In this document: in pieces, positions 1 through 13,768 of the stretch | How positions within the stretch are numbered: the stretch's first letter is position 1 | Layout: the number at the start of each line of letters is the position of its first letter | NCBI GenBank assembly: GCA_964187785.1 | Contig: OZ076409.1 | Location: 5,458,001-5,522,000 of the forward strand | Source: Amphiscolops sp. MND2022 | Lineage: Eukaryota | Length of the DNA stretch: 64,000 nt | Direction: 5' to 3' | Position numbers and translations under genes: made by a program | The notes under the pieces: model-generated | Seen by the model: only the letters and a program-made list of their open reading frames with translations | Told to the model about the DNA's origin: nothing | Databases searched by the model: none

Positions 1-739
1 CTATCTTTCGTAACTCTTTCCAGGACAGTGTTTCGGATGTCCTTAGTTTGGGAGAGTGCACTAAATTGCCAGACCCGAACCCACTTTTCACTGAGATTTT
101 CGAAAACCGTGTGGCAGTCACAGGGGAATCTGGTTTCACCGTGCTCCATCAACCACAGCAGCTCAGCGGTCAGGTTGATGATTTTGAAACTGATACTGCA
201 GATGGGGACCAGTGTAATACAAACAGCAGACGTGCCAATACCGTTCTAAACACTCTTGACCCGATCCCTCGCCTCAGGCGTCTCTGTGGACCTTGCAGGT
301 CTCTCCTGAAGAAATTATTTTGATGAGAATGAGCCTGTAACCCTTTCAAAAGATCACACCACTGTTGTCTTCAGTGAAAGCAAGTATATACTTTTATAAA
401 ATTTGTGTGTGATGAGACAGCGCAGGCGTCTTTTGAGATGATGAGCGGGTTACTTCAAAGAGCTTCGAGGTTACCAACTGGTTCCACTATCCAATCTAGA
501 CGGACAAGGCCTCGTTCTTCAAGTAGAGTTAGGGCAAGTAGAGTTAGGGCAGTTAGGGCATAGGCCCAGTAAGCAGTCACTCCAAAAGTGACACCAGTGG
601 AGTCATCCAAACTGGGGAGAAAGATGTTAGTTTCCAGAGCAACAACAACGCTGAAGGCCCGACTGCCCTACGTTCAGCTTCTAGTCCCAAGATTGGTGTC
701 CTGCAGTCAACAGAAGCTTCCGGCAGCAGCCAGTACTGA

Positions 740-3300
740 ATAAATTCTCTTCAGAAAGTGGCACTCGGCGAGTTTTTTTATGATAAGAGTGGGGCTGAAT
801 CCACAAGGACCGTTGGAGTTGGCGATTCTTTACCCAAAAGGCCAAGAATGAGCCAAACGGATAAAGATTTCAAGGTGGCTTTTTTCCACAAAGTTGAGTT
901 GTCCCGAGTGTTTGTCTCAGGCCCTATAAACCCTCTAGAGCATCCTCTTATTTCTCTGCCAGATCTGCCAAAGGAATGTCTCCATGAGTTGGAGCTTGAG
1001 CTACGCAAGTTTTTTGATGAGGATTTGATGGAAATAAGGGATAAACACCACTTTTATGTGGACGTTAAGGCCTCTAGAGAAAACGTCACACCGAACAGCA
1101 GTCGAAATTACCCCCAGGCATGTCTAATTGGTGATTACTTGAGGCCAGGAGGTAATGTTGCATTACTCCGGAGCATCTGGACAAATGTTGAGACAATTAC
1201 CAATTACCAAAGTCGATTTGCTGATTTCGACTGGAGCGAAGAAGGCATGACTGTGAAAATCTGAAAAATTGATATTATATTTAAGCTGTTTTTACAGTTA
1301 GAGTTAAGTTTTGGTATAGCTATTAGTTTGACCATTCTATCACTTGGTTGTCTTCATGTGTCCACTTTATCATTGATTTTGATTTTTCGTTTCTTTAGGT
1401 TATCTTCCACCCTTGACCACTGGACAGTTTGTCTTAGAGAGTGAGACATCTGGTCGTTTCAAATTTGCCTACGTCCGTTTCTGGAAAAGTGACAGCCTCG
1501 TCAAGAAAGGCCTTCATATGTCGTTATGGTCTTGAAAGCACCCCTCTTGCAGGATATATGAAAGTGAGATCGCGCATTCTCTCAGTTGTATCAACCAAGC
1601 CCCACATGTGCAGCTCAGTTGTGTCAACCATGCTGCCCATGCGATTTCATCCAGGCTATAGATGAGTCAGGTTTATTTCGCCGCACCCTGCAGAAACCCT
1701 TCCGTTTCGAGACTGCCGATTTGCATTTTATCACGCATCGGGATTCCTACAGTGTGTTGAATCGCATTGACTTCTTCTCAGTATTGCAAGGACTGATTGT
1801 ATCCCTTGGAGGAAGTTTATACTATCCATGGACTTTGCATGGTCCCGAGTTGACTAAGGTATCGTATGGGTTTTGTCTGGTAATCCCTTTCTTTTTTGCA
1901 GGAGGTACTTTATCATCATGATTTTAGGCCATCATTGTCTGCATATTTGACCTGCTTGCTCTCCCTCTTGTTTGTCACGAGCTAACGTCCCACTGATCTG
2001 AAGTGACTGATTACTTCCACAAGCACAGTAGACGTCACAAAATGCATGGAGTTAGGACCAAGATTGGACACTCACTCGAATAGCTTCGTTCTTATAATCT
2101 ATTATGCTCTCATTCGGGACTAAAAGGTTGTCTTCTTTCCATTTTAGCCACAGACTCTGGATTGGAGGATTGGATCACTCTAATGGACGATCTGTTCACT
2201 TTACGTCTCGAGCTTTTCTTTCGGATTGTGCATCACTGTACGTACTCTTAGTATCGTTTTGTCTTGTTACTTAGGCTGAGGTATTAAATAAGTCGTGTTT
2301 CCTGCTTTGGCCGATCACTTAGGATCAAACGTCATGCTGGTTTCTTCGTCTATGCTGAAGTCTCCCGATTCTCCACAAGCTGTGCGTTCGATGGCTCCTT
2401 GATCGTCGTGCCCTGCCAACGATGACTGGATATGACTTCTCTCACGTTGAAGGATAAAAGACACTTCTTGCTGACAATTTTCACAGCAACTCAATTCATT
2501 CAAAAAGATGGAGCAAGCCATGAAGAAGGCAGCTGGTGCCTTGAGTGATAACAAATTGGATCGCGAGCTAATAGTCAGATTTGATGAAGAGTTAAAGTCT
2601 GAGTGTTGCAATTTGGGCAGACCTTACTGTCTCTTCCTGACTGAGGGGGTCTGGAAACAAGTCACCATGACAACCAACAACCAAGAACGTGCGTGGAACG
2701 GTCTCCTTCGACTCAAATGTCATGTGCGTAAATGCTAATTGAGTTCGAGACTCTGTGTTCCATTGATCTGTACCGTGGCTTCAAGGTACGGGGTTGGGTT
2801 CACGACACCAGCAAGCAATTTTGTAGGATTGAGTACTTCAGTGTGTTGGCCCACCTATGTGGTACCAAAGCGTCCCTATCTTCTAGTCCGAGCGCCATTC
2901 ACGATGTGGTTGACTTCTCATCTGCTTTACCTGCTCTTAAGGAGAGTCAGCACAATATTTGTTCCGACTCAGTATTTTGTGCCTCACTGACAAATTGGCC
3001 CCCTTGCCAACATTTTGCTTTGGAATCATTAGCACTGCTAACTTGATTTGTTGCTCCATTGATGGTGTTTTACCAGTACAGTCATACCTCGCTAACTTAC
3101 CCCAGTCAGTTCCCGTGTGCACATCCGATAGTGCTGTGGAAGACTTGTTTGCCTTGGGTATTGATTTTGGTGAAACTGGTTTAGATCCCTCCTACGACCT
3201 TTGGCGGAGTGTTGACTATTTTGGGCGGAGTGAGATCCACAAGAAGCTAGCCACAAGCGATTGATCGAAGAGCGTAGCAGTCCGCGTCAAGCTCGAGGCA
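740..3300 (+). pseudogene. Decayed, possibly spliced, coding region of unknown (probably transposon) origin
   Basis: Chain of same-strand ORF fragments (758-1264, 1586-1921, 2508-2738, 2732-3046, 2959-3264). An alternative frame at ~955-985 reads CQICQRNVSM (CxxC). Candidate 42-nt GT..AG intron at ~1859-1900. No family-defining motif recognised. Confidence 0.3.
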
Positions 3301-3754
3301 GTCCCCTGAGGCCTGGCGTGGCCCGCATAAAATTTTGGAGGTTTTTCAGGATGGTCGTGTTTACGTACTTGACACTGCACAAAAGTTTCATTTTGAGCGT
3401 CTTAAACCTCGTCAAAGCGGGCCGTTGGAATTCGCCACGGCGCAAGCGGATAGCGGTGACTTTGTAGTGTTAATGGACCCTGAGCCTAAACGTTTTGTCG
3501 ATGTTGTCGACGATGACATATCTCAGCCGTCTTACAAAGCTGAAAAATTTCTTTCAGTGGCATCCGATGTGTCTTTGCCTTCGCGCAGACGTCACTGGTG
3601 AACACTCGCCTGTGCACGAAGCTCCGTGCAGGAGGTTCGCGCATGCATTATCAACATTTCGATTATTCTACCTCTGGTACTGATGAAGAAATGTCTGATG
3701 TCATGCTACCTATTCCTCCTAACCCAATTGATGCTGATCAGGTGAAGCCTGAGG

Positions 3755-6700
3755 CTCCTATTCCTTCCTCGGATCAATCAGTATCACCTACGAAACGACT
3801 ACCGCAACTATTCTCCGACCATAAGCGTGCGCGCTCACAGTCATCCAAATTAACAGCGTCTGAGAAAGAACCCTCATTGCTGGGTACGTCGGCACCCTTG
3901 TTGACCAACCCCTCACTGACGGGTTTCCTCAGCAACTATCCCTATTGGCCTACTGCCACACAACTACCTCTCAAATCTGCCAGTACTGACAGCGATAATT
4001 CGCGTTCCCCAGTCCCTAGTCTTCCCTCTTCATTGCCGGGAGCGGGGAGCGCTCCTTCTCTTAAAAGGGATAGGGGGAGACCACCCAAGACGCGGAAGAA
4101 GCGACTGGCTCAGTCGAAAGCAAGAACAAGGAAGAAAAAGACGCCGACGCCGCATCGGAAGCTCCCAGGTACCAACTACGGAGTATGCGACAGCCGCGCT
4201 ACAAATTTGGAACTTGTGGGCTGCGAGATTGCATTTGTTTGTTGGCTGTGATTGAGAACCGGGGGGTTCCCACTGGAGCCCGGGGAGTTCCTCCGGAAGG
4301 GAGAAGCGGAAAACCTGGTTTATTGTCTCACCGTCCGAGCTGAGAAGACGTATTCTGCTCTAGAGCGACCTGGAGACCACCCAGTGGACACTATTCTTCA
4401 AAAGTTATCGTCAACAGCTGCGAAAGCCCTGTATCCCAGGTTTAAGGAGTGGTCCAGTGATGGAAAAGGCCTGGAGTTCACCCTGGCTACCGTGATGCCT
4501 TCGGTACTAACCAACATCGTGTTTGGACTGTTCAGCTTTGCGCGCGAGCCCGTACAAATGGCCCGAGGTATCACTGCTGACCTGCTGTGTGATAATGTGA
4601 TAAGTATGGAGTATTGATTGATATCAGGAATAGGTGGAAATTGCTCGGTGGTTGGAGCTAATCATCACCTGCTTCACCGCTTATCCTCGAATCCTCTTGT
4701 TGCATGAGTGGACGCATACCTTCGAGAGCCCACTTTCCCCAAAAGCCGCCCTAGGCACTTTGGATGTCTGGGCCAAGGCCAATAGTGACAATCGAGCGAT
4801 GTCACGCTAGGTGTGGCAAGACTTAGCCTCAATCCAAGGGCGTACTCCTCGTATGTGTCTTCCTCCTGGCAATGGGCCTGGACGTGAAATTGTTTTTCTC
4901 GGAACCCTGTATCCTAATTCAGCGTATTACACATCTTATGATGTGACGGATTTTCTGCAGGCGGAGGGCGATATAGTGTTGGCCTGCCCCGCCGATCTTG
5001 AAACCAATTCTGCCGTTCTGCGGTATACCCATGAGGGAATGTGGGAAGGAACGTTTTTTTTCCATACAACCACAAGTGGGTGAAGTTTTAACCTATTCTT
5101 TCCTCCTATTCCTTTCTCGGATGAATCAGTATCACCTCGAAACGACAACTGCAACTATTCTCCGACCATGAGCATGCGCGCTCACTGTCACCCAAATTAA
5201 CAGCGTCTGAGAAAGATCCCTCATTGCTGGGTACGTCGACACCCTTGTTGACCAACCCCTCACTGACGGGTTTCCTCAGCAACTATCCCTATTGGCCTAC
5301 TGCCATACAACTACCTCTCAAATCTGCCAGTACTGACAGCAATAAGTCGCGTTCCCTAGTCCCTAGTCTTCCCTCTTCATTGCCGGGAGCGGGGAGCGCT
5401 CCTTCTCTTAAAAGGGGTCTTAAAAAAGACCACCCAAGACGCGGAAGAAGCGACTGGCTCAGTCGAAAGCAAGAACAAGGAAGAAAAAGACGCCGACGCC
5501 GCATCGGAAGCTCCCAGGTACCAACTACGGAGTATGCGACAGCCGCGCTACAAGTTTGGAACTTGTGGGCTGCGAGATCGCATTTGTTTGTTGGCTGTGA
5601 TTGAGAACCGGGGGGTTCCCACTGGAGCCCAGGGAGTTCCTCCGGAAGGGAGAAGCGGAAAACCTGGTTTATCGGCTCACCGTCCGAGCCGAGAAGACGT
5701 AATCTGCTGTAGAGCGATCTGGAGACCACCCAGTGGACACTATCCTTCCTTCAAAAGTTATCATCAAGAGTTGCGAAAGGCCCGTATCCCAGGTTTAAGG
5801 AGTGGTCCAGTGATGGAAAAGGCCTGGAGTTCACCCTGGCTACCGTGATGCCTTCGGTACTAACCAGCATCGTGTTTGGACTGTTCAGCTTTGAACGCGA
5901 GCCCGAGGCATACCTTCGAGAGCCCACTTTCCCCAAAAGCCGCCCTAGGCACTTTGGATGTCTGGGCCAAGGCCAATAGTGACAATCGAGCGATGTCACG
6001 CTAGGTGTGGCAAGACTTAGCCTCAATCCAAGGGCGTACTCCTCGTATGTGTCTTCCTCCTGGCAATGGTCCTGGACGTGAAAATGTTTTTCTCGGAACC
6101 CTGTATCCTAATTCAGCGTATTACATATCTTATGATGTGACGGATTTTCTGCAGGCGGAGGGCGATATAGTGTTGGCCTGCCCCGCCGATCTTGAAACCA
6201 ATTCTGCCGTTCTGCGGTATACCCATGAGGGAATGTGGGAAGGAACGTTTTTTTTCCATACAACCACAAGTGGGTGAAGTTTTAACCTATTCTTTCCTCC
6301 TATTCCTTTCTCGGATGAATCAGTATCACCTCGAAACGACAACTGCAACTATTCTCCGACCATGAGCATGCGCGCTCACTGTCACCCAAATTAACAGCGT
6401 CTGAGAAAGATCCCTCATTGCTGGGTACGTCGACACCCTTGTTGACCAACCCCTCACTGACGGGTTTCCTCAGCAACTATCCCTATTGGCCTACTGCCAT
6501 ACAACTACCTCTCAAATCTGCCAGTACTGACAGCAATAAGTCGCGTTCCCTAGTCCCTAGTCTTCCCTCTTCATTGCCGGGAGCGGGGAGCGCTCCTTCT
6601 CTTAAAAGGGGTCTTAAAAAAGACCACCCAAGACGCGGAAGAAGCGACTGGCTCAGTCGAAAGCAAGAACAAGGAAGAAAAAGACGCCGACGCCGCATCG

Positions 6701-8982
6701 GAAGCTCCCAGGTACCAACTACGGAGTATGCGACAGCCGCGCTACAAGTTTGGAACTTGTGGGCTGCGAGATCGCATTTGTTTGTTGGCTGTGATTGAGA
6801 ACCGGGGGGTTCCCACTGGAGCCCAGGGAGTTCCTCCGGAAGGGAGAAGCGGAAAACCTGGTTTATCGGCTCACCGTCCGAGCCGAGAAGACGTAATCTG
6901 CTGTAGAGCGATCTGGAGACCACCCAGTGGACACTATCCTTCCTTCAAAAGTTATCATCAAGAGTTGCGAAAGGCCCGTATCCCAGGTTTAAGGAGTGGT
7001 CCAGTGATGGAAAAGGCCTGGAGTTCACCCTGGCTACCGTGATGCCTTCGGTACTAACCAGCATCGTGTTTGGACTGTTCAGCTTTGAACGCGAGCCCGT
7101 ACAAATGGCCCGATGTATCACTGCTGACCTGCTGTGTGATAATGTGATAAGTATGGAGTATTGATTGGTATCGGGGAAAGGTGAAAATTGCTCGGTGGTT
7201 GGAGCTAATCATCACCTGCTTCACCGCTTATCTTCGAATCCGCTTGTTGCATGAGTGGACGCATACCTTCGAGAGCCCACTTTCCCCAAAAGCCGCCATA
7301 GGCACTTTGGATGTCTGGGCCAAGGCCAATATTGACAATCGAGCGATGCCACGCTCGGTGTGGCAAGACTTAGCCTCAATCCAAGGGCGTACTCCTCGTA
7401 TGTGTCTTCCTCCTGGCAATGGTCCTGGACGTGAAAATGTTTTTCTCGGAACCCTGTATCCTAATTCAGCGTATTACATATCTTATGATGTGACGGATTT
7501 TCTGCAGGCGGAGGGCGATATAGTGTTGGCCTGCCCCGCCGATCTTGAAACCAATTCTGCCGTTCTGCGGTATACCCATGAGGGAATGTGGGAAGGAACG
7601 TTTTTTTTCCATACAACCACATGTGGGTGAAGTTTTAACCTATTCTTTCCTCCTATTCCTTTCTCGGATGAATCAGTATCACCTCGAAACGACAACTGCA
7701 ACTATTCTCCGACCATGAGCATTCGCGCTCACTGTCACCCAAATTAACAGCGTCTGAGAAAGATCCCTCATTGCTGGGTACGTCGACACCCTTGTTGACC
7801 AACCCCTCACTGACGGGTTTCCTCAGCAACTATCCCTATTGGCCTACTGCCATACAACTACCTCTCAAATCTGCCAGTACTGACAGCGATAAGTCGCGTT
7901 CCCCAGTCCCTAGTCTTCCCTTTTCATTGCCGGGAGCGGGGAGCGCTCCTTCTCTTAAAAGGGGTCTTAAAAAAGACCACCCAAGACGCGGAAGAAGCGA
8001 CTGGCTCAGTCGAAAGCAAGAACAAGGCAAAAAAAGACGCCGACGCCGCATCGGAAGCTCCCAGGTACCAACTACGGAGTATGCGACAGCCGCGCTACAA
8101 GTTTGGAACTTGTGGGCTGCGAGATTGCATTTGTTTGTTGGCTGTGATTGAGAACCGGGGGGTTCCCACTGGAGCCCAGGGAGTTCCTCCGGAAGGGAGA
8201 AGCGGAAAACCTGGTTTATCGGCTCACCGTCCGAGCCGAGAAGACGTAATCTGCTGTAGAGCGATCTGGAGACCACCCAGTGGACACTATCCTTCAAAAG
8301 TTATCATCAAGAGTTGCGAAAGGCCCGGGTTTAAGGAGTGGTCCAGTGATGGAAAAGGCCTGGAGTTCACCCTGGCTACCGTGATGCCTTCGGTACTAAC
8401 CAGCATCGTGTTTGGACTGTTCAGCTTTGAACGCGAGCCCGTACAAATGGTCCGATGTATCACTGCTGACCTGCTGTGTGATAATGTGATAAGTATGGAG
8501 TATTGATTGGTATCGGGGAAAGGTGAAAATTGCTCGGTGGTTGGAGCTAATCATCACCTGCTTCACCGCTTATCTTCGAATCCGCTTGTTGCATGAGTGG
8601 ACGCATACCTTCGAGAGCCCACTTTCCCCAAAAACCGCCATAGGCACTTTGGATGTCTCGGCCAAGGCCAATAGTGACAATCCAGCGATGCCACGCTCGG
8701 TGTGGCAAGACTTAGCCTCAATCCAAGGGCGCACTCCTCGTATGTGTCTTCCTCCTGGCAATGGTCCTGGAAGTGAAAATGTTTTTCTCGGAGCCCTGTA
8801 TCCTAATTCGGTGGATTACATATCTTATGATGTGACGGATTTTCTGCAGGCGGAGGGCGATATAGTGTTGGCCTGCCCCGCCGATCTTGAAACCAATTCT
8901 GCCGCCCTGCGGTATACCCTGAGAGAATGTGGGAAGGAACGTATTTTTTTCCACACAACCACATGTGGGTGAAGTTTTAACC
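3755..8982 (+). repeat. Four head-to-tail copies of a ~1.2-1.35 kb segment of the Gypsy pol tail
   Basis: Each unit ends in gtgggtgaagttttaacc (5093, 6287, 7640, 8982). Copy 2 lacks ~160 bp. The ORF track repeats the same peptides (e.g. 5224/6418/7771). Confidence 0.95.
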
Positions 8983-9303
8983 ATCCCACCTGAGATCACT
9001 GCCAATTCCAATCAAAGTATCCATTTGCTGATAGTTCGGGCGAATCAGCGTGCGCCGCTGTTGACCGATGACTATCTGCGCTGCTTGACACGATTAATAC
9101 AGCACCTAATAGACAAAGGATCTACGATGGTCTACTTGCCTATCTCGGATCCAGAGAGGCCAGCCTTTTCGCTGGTCAACCTTTATCACACTGTAATGAA
9201 TTTGTTTGAGGGTACTGACATCCGCGTGGTCTTGCACAACCGCGTATATGTATCCATACTTACCGTAGGGCTAGACCAGCCTCATCAAACTTTGTGTCCC
9301 TGA
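8815..9303 (+). pseudogene. TARG1/OARD1 (Poa1p-like) macrodomain; one frameshift in a T run at ~8945
   Basis: YDVTDFLQAEGDIVLACPADL...VGEVLTI...IHLLIVR...DDYLRCLTRL...VYLP...LFEGTDIRVVL follows the macrodomain layout (DLF..LAHC..D / VG.V / IYYLITK / L..CL..L / LAMP / F....I.I.V). Confidence 0.6.
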
Positions 9304-10030
9304 TCCCATAACCCCTTATTTTCCACAACGTTGTTTTTCTGTGCTACGGGAGAATCTTGAACCCTCCCATGTAAATGGCTAAATCACTGTTAACCACGTT
9401 CTTTTGTTCTCAGTTAGTGTTAGTATTAGTTAACATTAGGTTCAACACCCTTTAACTGCGAGGTTCCCTTATGGAGTTGACTTCATGCACTTTCATCCTG
9501 GTGATGAGCCTTAAGCTCTTGCCAAAAGTCACCTTGGAACCTGACACCGATTTGAACCTGACACCGATTTTTTCAGGCCTATGAGCTTATGGCATACTAT
9601 CCTTCCTATTCAATGCGTCCTCCAGTGCCTGCTGGCACTCCAAGGTCCCAAGAAACTGCGCGAGCGCAGAAGGTCAACACTAAGCTCAATATGTTGAGGA
9701 GCGCCTTAGAAACGGTCTTCCGCCAGTAGCCACAGCCTAGTTTGTCAAAAGAACGCCTGGGCTGGGTATCATTTGACCCACCAATTCCTAGACGAAAGGT
9801 CTATCGCTGTATATGGACCCAGCCAGGGCATTGTCTTTGAGCAGGAAGCATTCTTGCGGATGATGCCCGCCAACTCAACAACTCCGCAGTTGCCACCCCC
9901 TCACATGGTGTCGTATCAGCCACTAGTGCCATAGCCAACGCCAATGACGCTTGCGTATGCTGGTTCTCCTGCCTTCGGAGCGCCACACAGAGCGCCGCAC
10001 ATGGTTATGCAGGTGACATCTCAACCACCA

Positions 10031-13000
10031 ATGTCTGACCGGGAGCCTTCGGGGTCCCGCCTACCTCCATTGCCGAGTCCTGATCTCACTGGTTGAAGCC
10101 CTGGTGAGCAAGCGGTGACAGTTGCGCTGCAAGCCGTCGCCAAATATCCAGATTCGTCGGACTTTGTGCGAGCTGTACAACAACGTCTACCAGGTGTAGC
10201 TGCGTATTTGCAAGCCGCAGCTCAGCCCTCGGGCTGTGACCAACCAGCCACACATACCGAAACTATGCCGATGGAAGCTGAACCCACAGCTGGCACCAGT
10301 GGGAACGCGACCGCCGGTCCCAGCGAGGAAGCAGGCCGAAAGAGCATGGCACAAGAAGTTACCGCATCTGCATCCACAAGCTCAGTGACCGAGAGCCCCA
10401 CTAGTCGTCCGCCCCCAGACAAGCAACGAGCTGATGCACCACAACCCACGCTGAAGAGTCTGGTAATTGCAAGATTACCCTTCCGAGTGGGACACTTGGG
10501 TGCAGCAGCACCGCAAATATCGATGGGAGAGGCAATCGACAGATATGGAACCCTGAAGCTGGCTCCGATGCGAGCTCTGTCCACTCGGGCACAGACTCAA
10601 ACGCAGCTGTAGCAAATCCTAAGGCACCAATGGAGGCGGAAGAACCACGCCCGGCAGCATACCTTCCACCATCTGAGGATGTATCTGGCTCAGTAGTCAC
10701 AAGCGCTGCCAAACGCATATGGGAGGAAGCGGAGTTCTTCCACGCCCATCTGTACGCGACGAAGAGACGAGCACCACCAACGGTGCTGATCAGCGTGTGA
10801 TTAGCCAATACAGCCTCGCTGCCCACGTCACCCGTGCGCTGCGTACTCACAATGCCGATATGTTCGAGCAAGCTGGGGAACAGCGCGCCGCTGAGCAGCT
10901 ACCCAAGACACATCACAACTAGTTGGCCGCCCTGCAACACGACATATCTGAGCAGTTCCAGTTCCCTGCGCGGTATTCATTGCGGGAAGGAGAGACTTGG
11001 GAAGCCAACGCCCGGTACGCAAGACATCTGACATCACAGAAGCCCTTGCTAAAAAGCATGCTGCAACGTACCCGCTATTGCTTAGCAATTGACTCGACGT
11101 GTAGGAGAGGTCTGCTCATAGGCAACCTGATGCCGGACTATGCCACTAGCGCCTATCCCCGAGATGGCAGAGATGGTAGTGTCAATATTCGATCCAAACC
11201 TCACCGGTTCTCTGAAGGATCCACCCCCACAGCGTGTGATAATCGCCAACGTTCTTGATCACATGGCTTGTGAAGGACTGTTGATGGATTTGGATGCAGT
11301 CATGAACGATACGAGACATCGGGAAACGCAGGTGGTTTAATACAGGTGGTAGCTGACGCGATGGAGACAGCAGCCGGGATCCTTAGGGGTCGGTTAGGAG
11401 CGTCCGCGTTCTTTGTGTTGCCAGCTGGATTCACACTGGCAGCAGATTTTCTCAAATATCATATATTTGTTGATGGAGGTGTGCAAGGCTCGCCGTATAA
11501 AGTTTGCCATCTGTGCCCCAAACTTGCGAGTGGGTGCTCGAGACCTGCGCCCTGCTGCACTTTCCTATCAAGCTTATATCGCAGCAATCTCAAGGGTAGT
11601 GCAAGCTGTGGAGCACTCGGGAAACTCTCAGTTGACCATTGACGACGCAATCCAATATGACCACGGAACGAAAATGGGTCGGTTAAATTTTGACCAACAA
11701 GGACGCTGACTGATGAGGGAGGCCACCGCCATCGAGAGAGAAGCCGTCCGCCGACACAATTGGTTGGTACGCAAGACCCTGGAGATACCCATCCGCGCAG
11801 AACTCACTGAGTTGAAAAAACAGATCAGAGACTGGCCTGCTGCACGTGCAGTCAAGGGAACTATCCTTCAAATTCGTTTCGCGCCAGGCGCAGAACCAGT
11901 GAAACTTCCTGTGGCACTACGTCACATCGTCGCAACCGAGTCCACCAATCTGAAGATAGAAGTAGATGCCAGTGCAAGCACTTATGCGCACAGCTATCAG
12001 ACCCGTTTTATAGACCGAAGCCTGGTAGATGTAGCTTGCGAGCTCAAACTTCCTCTGGAGGCTACCTGCATCAGTCTTGTCCTGGGTTGGAACATCGACG
12101 TGCTTACCGCTGAGTTCACACTCACCAACATCCAAGCCGACAAGTTATTGGAACCAATAGGAGAATTGACTATTGGAGAGGTGCCAGCGCTCGCGCTAGC
12201 GGTAGGTCCCGCAAAGTTTGTGGCTGGCCACCTGACCCTGTTGGTTGCGATCGTCGTATCCTTTGACCTGGTCTTGTTCTATAGCTGGTTTTGGCTCAAG
12301 GACAGCTTCGCAGTCTGACTCGTTGGGGTCCCCTCTATCCACAAAGGACCGGCAGGACTACTCAGCCCAGCTAGAACGCATGCGTGCTTCTATACAACAC
12401 TGGCTATATTCGACCCTGGTGTTCGCCTCAGGACTATTCGTTGGCGTGGATCAGGTGCAACCCTTACACAATTCCGATCGCCAATTGCCCTGGAAAACGG
12501 CAGGGATCCTCATGCCGCAGCAGCTTGCCGACCTGATCTTGGCCGAGGTAGAAGATTTTGTGCGCGCAATGGCTGCAGTCTTAGCCTTTATTTTTGGTGC
12601 ATATTAGCCCTTATTATCGGAATGGCCCGCTATCCAACAAAGCCAGTCGCAATGGCAGTGCTGGTGCATCCTGTGTCCATCGGCACTTATCTGCAAGGCA
12701 GCCCGCCTTTGGCATACCCCAAAATGCTTGGCACTGCCATGAGCGGAGAGATGCCACAGGCATACACCGCAATCAATTCGGAAAAGCAGTTGGAGGAGAA
12801 CTTGATGGGTTTGTTGCGTGCCCGTACCCGAAAAGCAGGCCAACTACCTCGAGAGCATGGCCCGGTCAACTGGTATGCCGCCCCGTTGAGAGCCTCGACG
12901 GAGTTCTTTTCCGGTTTCCATGGTCTCAAGACAATATCCGAAAAGTGATCAGAGCTAGCACTAGTGCTAGTCCTAATGTAGACAACCTATATACCTTCAA

Positions 13001-13768
13001 GTGCATCACGTTCCCTAACCTGTACTGGAAAGATCCGGTAGGATGGCCTCGAGCCCGCCCGTGGGAGGAGCCCCTGAATGTCTCCATCATCAACTTCAGC
13101 ATCTAGACCTAGCCCGAGTCTCAGGCTGGATCGAAGGAGCAGCACAAGTACGCCAGAGAAATCTGTGGTGCCGTATTACGTCCCTTGAACAGAAACCCGT
13201 CTGGCAACCACAAGGCAAATTGACCATGTCAGGCAATATGCTGCTGGTAATGCACGACGTCATCAATTCCGTGCTAGGACCCCAAGCCCGTGCGGAATGG
13301 GAAGCACCTTGCCTTGAAATCGAGATCGCCAGATTCCCCTGCTGGAAAAGAGCTTGCGAGCTCTGGAACCAGCCTGGCTGGGTATCTAAACATATCTCCT
13401 TGGCAGTCGATAGTAGAGGAGAGACCGCCAGACAGCAGGCGTTCGCGCCTGCCATCCCAACTCCTACAATGGCCATGTCACTAGATCAGCCGGTGACCAT
13501 CGACGACTTGCCCGCGCATGAATTGGAGGCCGAACCAAACAGTCCACAGACTACCCAGAAGTCGACTGGTGAACATGCAGCGGAGTTGACTCCGGACACC
13601 GATTTAGTACAGCCGATCGCAGCTTTGACCTTGCCCGAGGACGTGTCTGACTCGGAAACTGTGATCACAGTGGTGTCACCCAGAAGAAGAGCCTCCTTGT
13701 CTACGCAGAACGATGAAACTGCGAGCGAAGCCGCCAGAGATAGATCTCAGCGTAGCTCCGCCCAGTAA
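10031..13768 (+). pseudogene. Long additional ORF of the Gypsy element (~1240 codons, several stops and frameshifts) with a putative SGNH-like domain
   Basis: ATG at 10031 is in frame with ORF 10115. Consecutive fragments continue to 13768 with uniform, higher-GC composition. LAIDS...APIPEMAEMV...PQRVIIANVLDH resembles SGNH blocks I-III. Confidence 0.55.

Larger units (their letters stand above)
3306..9303 (+). pseudogene. pol: Ty3/Gypsy pol 3' end: integrase GPY/F tail followed by a long extension (AT-hook, Cys cluster, macrodomain); fragmented
   Basis: 3311-3410 translates AWRGPHKILEVFQDGRVYVLDTAQKFHFERLKP, the Gypsy integrase C-terminal GPY/F...VHxxRLK signature. RGRPPK at ~4072-4090. CGLRDCIC in copy 4. 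The final ORF ends at 9303. Confidence 0.75.

Noticed and set aside
5289..8297. Repeated 146-153 aa minus-strand ORFs
   Set aside because: Antisense shadows of the amplified pol tail; they recur only because of the tandem repeat.
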